Source of the DNA: Octopus vulgaris
Taxonomy: Eukaryota
Direction: 5' to 3'
DNA length: 64,000 bases
Assembly: GCA_951406725.2 (NCBI GenBank)
Contig: OX597814.1
Span: 61,132,001 to 61,196,000, forward strand
This document shows, one piece after another, positions 51,776-64,000 of the stretch. How positions within the stretch are numbered: position 1 is the first letter of the stretch; every line of letters begins with the position of its first letter. The notes under the pieces were generated by a model. That model was not told the DNA's origin and did not search any database. It worked only from the letters and a program-made list of their open reading frames with translations. Position numbers and translations under genes: made by a program.

Positions 51776-52695
51776 ATGTGTATGTATATGTATGTTTGTA
51801 TATGTATGTGTATGCATACATGCATATGTGTGTATATGTATGTGTATGTGTGTGTACATGTATATATATGCATGCATGCATATGGGTTTAAATACACAAG
51901 TACACAGGCCTATATAATAATGCATACACACACATATATATGTACATGTGTGTGTGTGTGTATATCAATATACACTTCTTTCTTTCTTTCTCTCTGATTC
52001 CTCTACCCACACTGTTACATTAGCCAGTAGAATAAACACAGGTCTATTTGTAGAAACTTGACCATTCTTAGTATTTTTCCATTTTGTGGTTTACTACTCA
52101 CTATAGAAAACCCCATTCCTATACCTTTTTCTGCACCCATCCCTTACTGGCATTCTAACATATCACCCCACCTCACACATATTCATCACTTACATTCTTA
52201 TCTCTTCCTACCCTCCCCTACTCCTCTCCAATTCCCTAATAATATCTTGACCACTAACACTCCTTTCTTCACTTTCTTACACATGTTTTCATTTTCTCTT
52301 CCTCTTTCTTTCTTTCTTCTTTTCCCACATTTTCCTTTGACCTCTCCTTTGTAACATGCACATCTCTTCTCCCCTCTCTATCCATTTAATACTACCACTA
52401 CATTCCCAAATTTTCATTCACACCACAAAACCCCTATGAATGAACAGCACATGGAATCTACGTCTCCACACTCTCCATTTGTAATGACAATTTACATACC
52501 ACGAACAAGAAGCATTTCTACCACTTCTACACACCACTTTCCTTGGATAAAGGAACAGCTACTATAACATCTTTATACATTTTTATTTTTACATTCATTC
52601 TCCTATTTCCCTATATACTCCTCATTTTCTTCCTTTTCCAAAATAACTCCTTATATTGAACTCTAGTATCTCCCTCTATTTAACCATCTCACATC

Positions 52696-52743
52696 ATCTC
52701 TGATGAAGAGATATCCCTAATATCACAGAAACAGCTGTAAGAT
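52696..52743 (+). ncRNA. Penelope-type minimal hammerhead motif
   Basis: atct-CTGATGA-(gatat/atatc stem II)-GAAA-cagctg-TA-agat; palindromic stem III acagctgt. Confidence 0.55.
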
Positions 52744-52811
52744 TAACTTTCTCTTTATAAATGTCCTGAAAATTCCACACAGCCTTGACTTTGCTGTTTT
52801 ATTTTATTTAC

Positions 52812-52851
<40 letters not shown>

Positions 52852-53529
52852 CACACGCACACACACACATAAGAAGGTATGTATGTGTGTGTATGCACAT
52901 ATATGTGTTACATACCTGTGTATCCCCCTCTCTAAATATCAAATGATGAATAAAAGGAACATCATTGTCGCACAAGCAAGGTGGTTTGTTTTCAGTTTTC
53001 TGTGAAAAAAAATATTCCCTCTCTTGAAAACAGGCAAAGATTAGTAACAGGGATGGCATCTGGCATAGAAAATCTCTCAACAAATTCTATCTAACCCATG
53101 CAAGCATGAAAAAATGTATGTGAAGTGATAATGATGATATATGTTTGTGTGTATGAATATATGTGTGTGTATGTGAGAATGTTTATATTCTCACAGACTC
53201 ACACACATATACATACACACACACTTATTTATGTTTATCTATCTGTCCATCTATCTATTTGTCTGCCTGTCTGTCCATCTGTATGTATGTATGTATGTAT
53301 GTGATGATTTTGCATACAGTTTCTCTCCACCAATTCCTCTCACAAAGCAATGGTTGGTCTGAGGTTTCCCTAGAAGACATTTTCCTAAGAAACCATGCAA
53401 TGAGATAGAACTTGTGATTACATTGGTAACAAAGTGAATTCTATATACTCATAGCCATAACTGCACTTCGTAAAAATCTGTGGCAGATGTGTGTGTGTTT
53501 GTGTGTGTGTGTGTATGTGTGTGTGTGTG

Positions 53530-53939
<410 letters not shown>

Positions 53940-54334
53940 TAAAATTATACAAGACACAAAAAGCAGAGAGAGGTGAGGGAATAATAAACAAGGTGTATTA
54001 GTTTGACACTCAGGAAAATGATTCAGATATTATGCTAATAACAAGGTATTACAAATAGTTTCAAACAAGTTAGTTAATTATTAATAAAGGTTAATGTACA
54101 TATAAGACAGTTTGACCTTGCAGTTAGGTCAGAAGTCAAGAACCTTAACTCCTCATATGCCATGTACATTATCTAATTTATCATAATTATGTAAATAGGT
54201 GATGAAGCAGCAGAACTATATCCCAGTATAAATTACTGTCATTTCAATTGACAATACTTTTACCATTTCATGAAGACCGTAATCAATATAAATATTTTAC
54301 GCAAACTGACTGGCATGCTATATTCTGGCTAAAT

Positions 54335-54525
54335 GTGTTTCTCTCCCATGGTTAACGTTATAGAATTTTGGATAAAATAGACTGCATTTGATTTATGTGA
54401 AATATTGATTTTCTAACATAGGCACAGAGCCATGTGGCTTTGTGCCTATGTTAGATATCAATATTTCACATAAATCAAGTTGAGTTTATTCTAGATTCTA
54501 TAACATTAAGAAAGTAAGAGAAACA
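54335..54525. repeat. Fold-back hairpin
   Basis: 54388-54432 pairs with 54435-54478 almost perfectly; looser outer pairing. Confidence 0.85.
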
Positions 54526-54913
54526 AGCTTTGCCTTTAGATGGTACACCAATCAATTACAGGTGTGTAACCCAAACACAGAAATTCTGTTATCATTCAAA
54601 GCCACAGTTCACCAGACTGCTTTCACAAAATTTATTCAATTTGGTGTATCATTATCATGTTATATCTTCCATTCTATCACCAATCTAGTGTAGTAGACAT
54701 TTTATCAGCCTTCAAGAAGTGATAGAGAAAAGGAGAGAATGAGAGGGAGAAAACAGCCAATGTTTAGAATGCATCAGACATCCATTTGAGGGATTAGCTG
54801 TTCAGAGACTGTAACTCCATTTTTCTCCTATGGACTCTTCAATTCCTATTTTATTCAAATGGACCCTTCTAGTCATTCAATGTTTAAAAACATCAAATAT
54901 TTTTATAATTAAA

Positions 54914-55427
54914 CTAGCAGTATCGCCCGGTGTTGCTCGGGTTTGTAAGGGAAATAACTATATAAGCATTTTTAGAGAGTTACTTCCCTTATAGATGCCA
55001 ATTCGGGCTTTCTTAGCCATTTCTGTTTTGGTGTCTTCAAGCCATGAAGTCATTGTTCTAAAAGAACGCTGGTCTCCTTGACAATGCTTTACGACGTTGA
55101 TTTCCTTACACTCCCTTCCCCACAGCTTCATGAGGGAGGGAAGAAGGGGGAGAAGCAAACAGGTGCAGATGTGAGCGTGGACGCCAACTCCACCGCCATC
55201 GACACACGAAAAATTATGCATTAAAATGGAATAAAAAAATGATGTTAAATTATTTTTAAAATCGTAGACTCATCGTAGACGCGCGCTAATACCCAGACGG
55301 GCTCGATATGAATCACGACTATAAGATACCCGAATTTGGTTAAACTGCACCGTAAAATGTGGGAGTAGTTAGGAATCTAAATCGAAGGGGACAGACACTC
55401 ACACAACTACAGTTTTATATATATAGA
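54914..55427 (-). mobile_element. Non-autonomous Helitron, same family as 37618-38255
   Basis: Near-identical reverse complement with TC/CTAG termini. Confidence 0.9.
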
Positions 55428-55698
55428 TATTATCAGGGATTGTGCGAAAGTGTATTGTAGAAGTGTAATTAATTTATTGCAGGTAAATTTTTAACAATAA
55501 AATCTTATATGAACACCACCACCCCTGACCCGACCTGCACCCAAGGGCCCTATGTACCCTGGTTGAGAATCACTGCTGTAACTGGTACTTCATTGTGACC
55601 ATGGTTAGGACACTTAATACCCAATCACTGAATCCAGGTAGTTCAAAGTTCTTGTTCAACCCTAGGTCAACCACAATCAAGTTGACCATCTTTTGTTC

Positions 55699-56098
55699 TT
55701 TTGTTTCAGTCATTTGACTGTGGCCATGCTGGAGCACTGCCTTAAATAGTTCTTTAGTTGAAGAAATTGAGCCCAGGACTTATTCTTTGTAAGCCTAGTA
55801 CTTATTCTATCAGTCTCTTTTGCCGAACTGCTAAGTTAAGGGAATGTAAGCACACCAACATCAGTTGTCAAATGATGGTGGGAGGACAAACACAGTCACA
55901 AAAACACACTCACATAAAATATGCATATATATATGCATACAATGGGTTTCTCTCAGTTTCTGTTTACCAAATCCACTCACAAGGCTTTGGTCAGCCCAAG
56001 GCTATAGTAGAAGACACTTGCTCAAGATGTCACACAGTGGACTGAACCTGCAACCATGTGGTTGGGAAGCAAGTTTCTTACCACACAACCATGCCTGC
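55699..56098 (-). mobile_element. SINE family A
   Basis: Colinear with 310-776. Confidence 0.8.
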
Positions 56099-56104
56099 AA
56101 AGCA

Positions 56105-56600
56105 TTTTAGATATGACCATCCCATCTTTCTATACAACATTTTCACATACATGTCCTTTTGTATATTTAACACAGTAAGGCATGTGCTGAGGGAAATTTA
56201 GCTACTGTTTCTAGAAGGTTGCACAAATACTTAAAGGCTTACACTAAATAGTTGTTTAATCCTCAGTCAGCTCTGTTCAAGAGTTTCAGCAATGACCAAT
56301 CTGTCTAAATTATCCCATGTGCCCTTCTTTTATGAGAAGGCAGAGTGTGATTTGAGGGAGATTTGACTGCTGTTTCTGAAAGTTCAAACAACCATGCAGA
56401 GGATCTTCCTTGGTTTGAACATGTAAAGCTCTTATCAAATGCTTTCTAACAGTGACCATTTCCATTTAATCAGCATTTTGTGTCTAGAACTACATTATAT
56501 CCAATGACCACTTTCCTTTTTTAAGATGGTAGGGTATAATTTGAAGGATAGTTGGTTGCAATTTCTAGTAATTTAAGTAACCACATGCAAGCAGTAACAA
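56105..56600. repeat. Three degenerate tandem copies of an unclassified repeat
   Basis: Unit with gagggagatttgactgctgtttct; related pieces near 18600, 24040 and 25740-26035. Confidence 0.5.
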
Positions 56601-56789
56601 TGGATCTTTGGTTTATTATTCATATATCAATGACAAAGTTACACACTCCAGCACCCATCCCTTCCCATTACTAACAAGAGATTAAACAACAGGGGGCAGA
56701 GAAAAATTCCCAAAATCATTAATTTTAGATGCCAACAAATTTTATCGACACCAATGTGTTCATATTGAATTAGCATTTATCAAAATCAA

Positions 56790-57228
56790 GTGTGGAAAGC
56801 AACATCCATCATGTGGTGTCTGTTTTCCTTGATGCATTTCTGAAAACTTGTCTGATGCATTTCACATTTTCCGAGGTCCATACCATCCGTGGCACCCTCG
56901 CTGGTCTATTCATTAGTGTATCTCATGTGCGAACCTCATTCACCCAACATAAGATTGTGTTACAGGTGGCAACAGCCTGATTTCGGTGAATGTTGAAGTG
57001 GTGCCAAAACTCATGCTGAACTACTGTGACAAACTCATTATTCTTCACATAACTATTGTAGGTAAACATGTGATGCCCTATTGTCCACAGCACCATGGCT
57101 TCACCCGAAAAGAAAAACAAATGCTAAGACACCATGGACCAAATGGTACCTGTCAGACATATGTCCCTCTCCCTGGGTCTGGGTAATAGCCATTTCAAAA
57201 ACGTCCGTCCTCTCTGCCTCACCCTATA
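56790..57228 (-). pseudogene. Tc1/mariner-superfamily 5' fragment (DUF4817-like HTH)
   Basis: TA-tagggtgagg terminus; YVKNNEFVTVVQHEFWHHFNIHRNQAVATCNTILCWV. Confidence 0.7.
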
Positions 57229-58539
57229 TTTGAGAGTAAGCAAAGCCTTATTCATCTGTTATTTATCACCAGATGAGTAATAAATGATAGGCAAAAGACT
57301 GCGAGTATAACCATCAAGACTTGTAGAAACTACAAACAAACCAATGGTGAGATGATCTTGTCAAAATTAGTTTATAAAGCATGGTTATCTGTTATTTATC
57401 AACTTGAGCCAGCAGGGCTAGACCAAAGGGACAGTAAAAGGCCTAATGGTATGACAATTTTCCCATTCCATGGTAGTAGGCCCCTTGTCTGGGCAACTTG
57501 GAATGTTCAGCTACCAGCCTAGGCTCCACTGCTTGTCAGGTTGAGAAAAGCAAACATCAACATATTGGTCACACTCTGATGGGTTTATGGCCGAACCTGT
57601 GAATTTGTCCTGCCATCACTGTCTGTGGCAGTGGAGACATCTGAGTTCCTGGACTCCAGGCCATATCCCTGCTCCCACTATCAGGGCAGAGATGACTATC
57701 CACAAGTGCAATGCCTTTTCCATTTTGTCTACTGGGACTATGAGTCGGTCTGAATTACAGGAAATTGTATGTTCCACTCCTTAATGTAAAGTTACCCCAT
57801 ATAAACAACTTTGAACTGTTGTCATACTTAAAAATGACAAGAGTAAGCTGGTAACAGTTGTAAAAGGTCTACATTCAATGAAAGACAAGGGAGGATAAGG
57901 TTTACAATTAAAGCAACATACTACAATCCATTACTGAGAAATGCACTGTTTCCTCTCCCTCCCATAATAGCAACAACAATAACACTGCATTTTTAAGCAG
58001 GCTGTCTACATATTACGTTCACCTGAACCTGTTCCATGTCCCATTTAATCATAAATCTGTTCAATCAAAACTGACCTGGGGTTAAACAATAACAATAGAA
58101 GCGACAACAATATCGTCTGCACTAGATTTGTATAATGCTACATAAAATGACCTTTCAACCTTGAAAATACGTGATACTGTTAGTTGAACTTGAGATCATC
58201 TGGTCAACAGAAAGAACTTTAATTTCAAATACATTTCGTTTCTTGCTATTTTTTTCTCCTGTTTTATTGTTTTACATTAACTTTTTTCCAAGCTTGGATG
58301 TTATATGGTCTCTTTGTTATTGAAGCAATTGTTTTTTTTTTCTTGGTTGGATACTATGTCTAATGCTAAACAACTCAAGTAGCAGTGTAAGTCAAGCAAA
58401 CAGAGATAAACAGAATTATATTTTACTTCTGCTCTGCCATTGCCAGCCATCAATAACATACAAAAAACTTTCTTCTCCAACTTCTTTTAATTTTTTTCTT
58501 CTTTTTCTTTATCTTGAAAAAGAGTTTTTTGCTCCAAAT

Positions 58540-58700
58540 ATTGGTTTCAAATCTTGGTACAAGGCCAGCAATTTCAGGTGGGGTAAGTTGATTACATCAC
58601 CCCTGACCTCAGTGGAATTTAAACTCAGACCGTAAAGACAAACAAAATGCCACTAAGCATTTTCTCCAGCATGCTAATAATTATGCCAGCTCACTGCCTT
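58540..58700 (-). mobile_element. SINE family B, internally deleted
   Basis: Head and tail match the family. Confidence 0.65.
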
Positions 58701-59981
58701 TTTTGCTCCAAATATGGATACCAATTTTTTATCTCAAAAAATTCTTAAGCACATGCTTTCTTCTAAATGGCTTCCACATATCTCTCCACCCTTTGCACCA
58801 GCAAAACCCACAACTCCAGTCATATCCCATCCCTCATTTGCTGTCTACCTTATTTTACATAGTTCCCTTACTGATTTCATCTTCACAAACTAATCTGTAT
58901 CTTCTACTGACCATATTGTTACCAAATCCTCATGGCTATTCATGTGTCATCATCTGCACCCCTTATTTGCAGCTCCCCCTCATTAGTTTCCTTTCTTCTA
59001 TTTGCACTATCCCTTACTGCCCCTTCTATAGCTCTTAACATTCAACAGTTCAACTGATGCTTATTTGACCTCCCATTTGCTAAATCCTGCAAGCTCCACA
59101 GCTTTTGGACCAATCTTTACTGTCCCTGTATCTATTGCATCTTCGCACACTCTTGAGTCTCTAGGTTCTACCCCTTAACCTATCACTCACTGAAAACAAT
59201 CCTGGGTAAATGTCTCCATTATAGCCCTTTCACTCCACACTGTAGATAAGTTCCATACCTGGATTGACACCATGCACTTCCTGCATCACACTATATGAAA
59301 ATGATTGAGCCCAGCGCAAATGACATTTTTACTAATCTTGACTAATTCCCATTATACTGGATACCCATCTCATGCCAGTTCAAGAACATATTAGATCCAT
59401 TCACCAGTATGTGTTGACACACTGCAGACTGCTTCAGTTTCCAAAGTGGCCAAGATGCATCAACATCTAATTAAAACCCATTGTTTTTGACACTGGTGTA
59501 GCATCATAGTTAAACCAGCTAACAAGAACACATCTGTTAAGTTAGTAACATAATGTTACTAACTCAAATAACTAACAACTTGTTACTACCACAATGTACA
59601 ATTCATCTTTTTGCTCTCTCTCATTCTATCAACAACCTCTGAGTTCATAAGTCACTTTGGGTTACTTTGTAACATCATGTTCTAACTGAAATTCCCAACA
59701 ACTTGTTACTACTACAGTACACCAACTCATCTTTTCCTCTCTCTCTGTTGTACTAACAAACAACCTTTGAATCCATATGTCACTGACCTCCAACATCTGC
59801 TTTCTCAAGATCCATAAACCCAACCAACATCCCAAATCACATTCAAGGTTTCTGTCAACTGTCCTATTAAACTCATTTCAAGATTCTTTGACTGAATTTT
59901 GTCACCCTCAATCCCACACTCAAGACACCAACCATACCCTCTGCCTCCTCAACTTCTTTTTCCTCTGTGGTTCCTCTAAGC

Positions 59982-60321
59982 CAGTTGTTCTCAGCTGGGG
60001 TCCACTGGGAGGTTTGTGTGAGACTTTTGGGGGTCTACACAAGCAAAACAGTAAATTGAGGATCCACAGAAGTATTTTGAGGGTCCATGAAAAAAATGTT
60101 ACTTTGGATGTATTTATTACAAGAACCAGCTCAGTTTCTTTTTCAAATGTTTCATATAGTTCAGCTTAACACAAGTTAATATGTGAAAAACAAAATAGTA
60201 ATTTTGAAAGAAGTATCTCTGAAACTAGATTTTAAACACCAAATAACTTTGGGTGGGGGTCCACCAGAACAGAATAGTAATCAAAGGGGTCCATAGGTGT
60301 AAAATGGTTTGAGAACACCTG
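59982..60321. mobile_element. Charlie-type hAT MITE
   Basis: cagttgttctca...tgagaacacctg termini; degenerate 8-bp TSD ctctaagc/atctaagt. Confidence 0.7.
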
Positions 60322-60474
60322 ATCTAAGTCATATTTTATCAATCATGTTCAGTTCCTGTTTAATATCTGCTCTCATCACCCACAATGATTCTTTCTGGGC
60401 CATTATGGACCCTTCTGTTTAATTGAACTTTCTGGACCCTTCTGTTTAATTGAACTTGTTCTCATCATTAAATG

Positions 60475-60992
60475 GGATCTCACAGATTTTTAAATTATTT
60501 TTTTTTAACTAAACAGTTTGAAACTTTGTATACTGGTGTAATGTCTCACACTGAACACAGTTTACTTTCAACATTTTTGACAAAATTTCATATTTTCAAA
60601 GTTATTTCATGTTAAATTTGTCATATTTGGGTAATTTTAACCAATCAATGATGAGTATTCAGCTGAAGAAACCTACTGCTGTTTGCAATAGTAATCGAAG
60701 AACAACAACTTCCAGGTCATCTCTACTAGATCTATTTTTCAACCATGTAGGACCCAGAAGTTGTTGCTCTTCAATTACTATCACAAACATAAGTAGATTT
60801 CTTCAGCTGTATACACGTCACTGATTGGCTAAAATCACCTAATACGAAATAACTTCTAAAATATTAAATTTTGTCAAAAATGTTGAAAGTAAACTGTGTT
60901 CAGTGTGAGAAATTACAAATGTATATGAAGTTTCAAACTGTCCAGTTAAAAAAAATAAATTAAAAAATCTTTGAGCCAAACTGAAGAGATCC
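60475..60992. mobile_element. Merlin-type fold-back MITE without telomeric core
   Basis: GGATCT...AGATCC termini; perfect 8-bp TSD attaaatg; arms related to 46033-46915. Confidence 0.85.
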
Positions 60993-61002
60993 ATTAAATG
61001 CT

Positions 61003-61267
61003 ATCACCAATCCTCATCAGTTTTCAAGTAAGGTAATATTTCCTCATGGCCAGGCATATTGTTCATAGAAGACTGGAAACAAACAACATGCTCCTTTACA
61101 ATCATCAGGAGGTATCAAGACAAGGTGTACACACACAAACATATACAAAAGGCTTCTTTCAGTATCCATCTACCAAATTCATTCACAAGGCATTGGTCAG
61201 CTCAGTGCTATAGTAGAAAAGACTTGCCTAAGGTGCTATACAGTGAGACTGAACCCAAGACCACATG
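61003..61267 (-). mobile_element. SINE family A variant interrupted by a LINE
   Basis: Family sequence runs up to gaacccaagaccacatg. Confidence 0.65.
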
Positions 61268-62426
61268 TTAGTTAGTTAGTTAGTTAATTTTTTGGCTCAA
61301 AAAGCAAAAAGCAAGGCCATGTAGGGGGACATGGAGTTATGTACAGGGTGGTGTTCATGTAAAGAGTTCAGGCCACTTGAGGTCAAGGGAGATTTTGAAC
61401 CGAGCGGTCGTCAGCATCTTCACCATCTCATCTGGCAGCTTATTCCACGGATCCACAACCCGGACAGAGAAAGCCCCTCTCCTTCGATTGAGATGAAATC
61501 GTTGCAGATAGAGCTTTTCAGAATGACCCCGCAGCCGACGCTCTGAAGCAGGAGTGAAGAACAGCTCTTTCGAGAGGTTACACTTTTCGCTTATGATGTT
61601 GTGAGCAAGAATGAGATCTCCACGACGGCGGCGTTTTTCTAGAGAATAAAGGGCGAGCGTCTTCAGCCTTTCTTCATAAGACAAATTCTTGAGACCAAGA
61701 AGCATGCGGGTAGCCAGCTTCTGGACTCTTTCGAGATGCTGTACGTCTTTGAGGAGATAAGGAGAAGAGGCTTGAATCCTGTACTCCAATATGGGTCTCA
61801 CCAGCATGACATAGAGCGGTAGGAATATGGCTGCTGTGAGCATTCCGAATGACCGTCGAATCAAGAACAGAATTCCGCGTGCTTTGTTGGCAGCATGGAC
61901 GCACTGGGCCGAAGGCGAAAAGGAGGAATCCACCAAGATACCCAGGTCCTTTACCTGATCGGTCCTCTCCAGCAGCAGACGACCAGGCTCGAAATCAAGT
62001 TGAGTTGCAGGAGGAGAGCCAACAGGCAGATGACAGCACTTTGACAGGTTCAGACACAGGTCCCAATCGTTAGACCATCTCCAAATTTGGTGGAGGCATC
62101 GACGAAGATCCTCTATATCACTGAGAGGAGCGACCAGTTTGACATCGTCGGCAAATAGAAGGGTGTGTTGCGTGAGGTCGTTGGGCAAGTCATTTATGAA
62201 GACTAAGAACAATAAGGGCCCAAGCACTGAACCTTGAGGCACACCACTGCTCACACTGGAGACGTTGGACCACGAACCATTAACTTGGACTTGGAAGGAG
62301 CGATCTGAGAGGAAGGCACCAACCGATCGTACAATATCCGGATGGAAACTATATGCTTGAAGCTTGACAAGTAATAGGCGGTGGTTTACCGAGTCAAAAG
62401 CTTTGGCAAAGTCCAGGAAGCAAGCT
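61268..62426 (-). mobile_element. 5'-truncated CR1/L2-group LINE with (TAAC)n tail
   Basis: RT ORF, short 3' UTR and taactaac tail. Confidence 0.9.
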
Positions 62427-62431
62427 ACCAC
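61355..62431 (-). CDS. Non-LTR reverse transcriptase C-terminal half (5'-truncated; the listed start is a junction GTG)
   Basis: FLDFAKAFDSVNH, GVPQGSVLGPLLF, LFADDVKL, KDLGI, VRPILEY and WNKLP motifs; 358 codons without a stop. Confidence 0.9.
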   Translation of the reverse strand: MVACFLDFAKAFDSVNHRLLLVKLQAYSFHPDIVRSVGAFLSDRSFQVQVNGSWSNVSSVSSGVPQGSVLGPLLFLVFINDLPNDLTQHTLLFADDVKLVAPLSDIEDLRRCLHQIWRWSNDWDLCLNLSKCCHLPVGSPPATQLDFEPGRLLLERTDQVKDLGILVDSSFSPSAQCVHAANKARGILFLIRRSFGMLTAAIFLPLYVMLVRPILEYRIQASSPYLLKDVQHLERVQKLATRMLLGLKNLSYEERLKTLALYSLEKRRRRGDLILAHNIISEKCNLSKELFFTPASERRLRGHSEKLYLQRFHLNRRRGAFSVRVVDPWNKLPDEMVKMLTTARFKISLDLKWPELFT

Positions 62432-62718
62432 ACCTACATAGAAGAACAGATAAAAATGTTATTAGAACAAAAGGTTATTTATTAGATCAAGTTTGAGAGT
62501 TTGATTGAAATGACAGTCTAAGGAAATCAACATCAATGTCAACAGATTTCTTTTTATGGCATTTGAATGTGTTTTCAATGTTGAAACGAAGTTGGGCAAC
62601 AATTTCAAGGTTCACCTGCCACTCAGCAGCTTTTTTCTTGATGAACTGCAAATAAATGGATGGCATATGATGAATTGGTTTAGAAAATTTACAAAGGAAG
62701 ATATGTATAAGAGTATGT

Positions 62719-62755
<37 letters not shown>

Positions 62756-63585
62756 AGAAAGAGAGTAGAGAGAAGCTGTAAGACAACACATGTAAAAAAC
62801 ATAAAAACAATTTGAAAGAAATAGAACATGTATGCAATGTGGTGGCTAGTCTTCAATCCAGGTCATAAATTACATATATACAAAGACATGAATACAAAGA
62901 CACACACACACATATATATATTGTCATTATCATTGTTTTATATCTGCTCTTCCATGCAGTCATGAGTTGAACAGGTTTTCTGAAGCAGTTATATGACTAA
63001 ATATTTTTCTCTTTGGTATATATATACACTGTGTGTGTATAATGACTAATGCATACATTTCCACAATTCTCAACTGATTTTCACCAAACTTTACTCACAC
63101 ATTACTTATGTCCCAAGAATAGTCATGCACTAAACATTTTGCCCAGAGCTCCCATGTAAATGGATATAGTTTTTTTTGTATGTAAAGTCTTCCATACACT
63201 TTTAATCTTTTTATAAAAGTGAAAGGATTTTGTCTATTTATTTATTCCGACAGTGATTAAAATGACTAGGAACACTGTACACGATGAATATCCAACAATC
63301 TTAATCTCCATATTTAAACTGCATTAAACTTTGGCAAGCTTACCTATTCTGAGTTACTTGAAAGGTGATATTCTCTTCCCTCTCTTCTATTTCTTGATAC
63401 CTTTGTTTACCTACCAATGAGTTGTTTCACTTTAAGGATGCTTATTTACCCATCCATTATGATAGTTTGACTGTTGTCCATGGTTTCAAATGCATTTTAG
63501 CATTGTCGTTCTAGCTTTTTTTTTAAGCAATAACATATGATTCATCCCAAAGAATCAACCTTTAAATAAGAGTTTTCCTTACACT

Positions 63586-63969
63586 ACTCTTTTACTCGTT
63601 TCAGTCATTTGACTGTGGCCATGCTGGAGCATCACCTTTAGTCGAGCAAATCAACCCCAGGACTTATTCTTTGTAAGCCTAGTACTTATTTTATTGGTCT
63701 CTTTTGCCAAACCACTAAGTTACGGGGACATAAGCACGCCAGCATTGGTTGTCAAGCGATGTTGGGGGGACAAACACAGACACACAAACATATACACACA
63801 CATACATATGTACAACAGGCTTCTTTCAGTTTCCGTCTACCAAATCTACTTACAAGGCTCTGGTCGGCCCGAGGCTATAGTAGAAGACACTTGCCCAAGA
63901 TGCCACGCAGTGGGACTGAACCCAGAACCATGTGGTTCGTAAGGAAGCTACTTACCACACAGCCACTCC
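63586..63969 (-). mobile_element. SINE family A
   Basis: Colinear with 310-776. Confidence 0.85.
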
Positions 63970-64000
63970 AGTGAAAGCTATATGCATCTTTCAGAAAGCT

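Noticed and set aside
57240-57800. Higher-GC unique stretch as a possible exon
   Set aside because: No recognisable domain or convincing splice pair.
59570-59785. Degenerate ~120-bp tandem duplication (also a 26-bp duplication near 60406-60457)
   Set aside because: Ordinary local duplications with no further structure.

Overview
AT-rich, microsatellite-dense eukaryotic DNA. The SINE and RTE-tail repeats look like those I recall from octopus (coleoid cephalopod) genomes; this is recognition, not a database result. I found no convincing host exon: most listed ORFs are microsatellite or SINE read-throughs, so the window is probably intronic or intergenic. It is a mosaic of tRNA-derived SINEs, RTE/R4/CR1-group LINE fragments (one uninterrupted 358-aa RT ORF), Penelope-like remnants, hAT, mariner and Merlin relics with their MITEs, non-autonomous Helitrons and one clear plus one possible solo LTR. 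Highlights: a Merlin fold-back MITE whose core is a (TTAGGG)n array (46033-46915); hammerhead ribozyme motifs, one with an intact core (45469-45527) in a small repeat that also builds a nested palindrome at 29381-30066; a near-perfect 464-bp palindrome (6696-7159); and a pre-miRNA-like hairpin (25477-25546). Boundaries of degenerate repeats are approximate.
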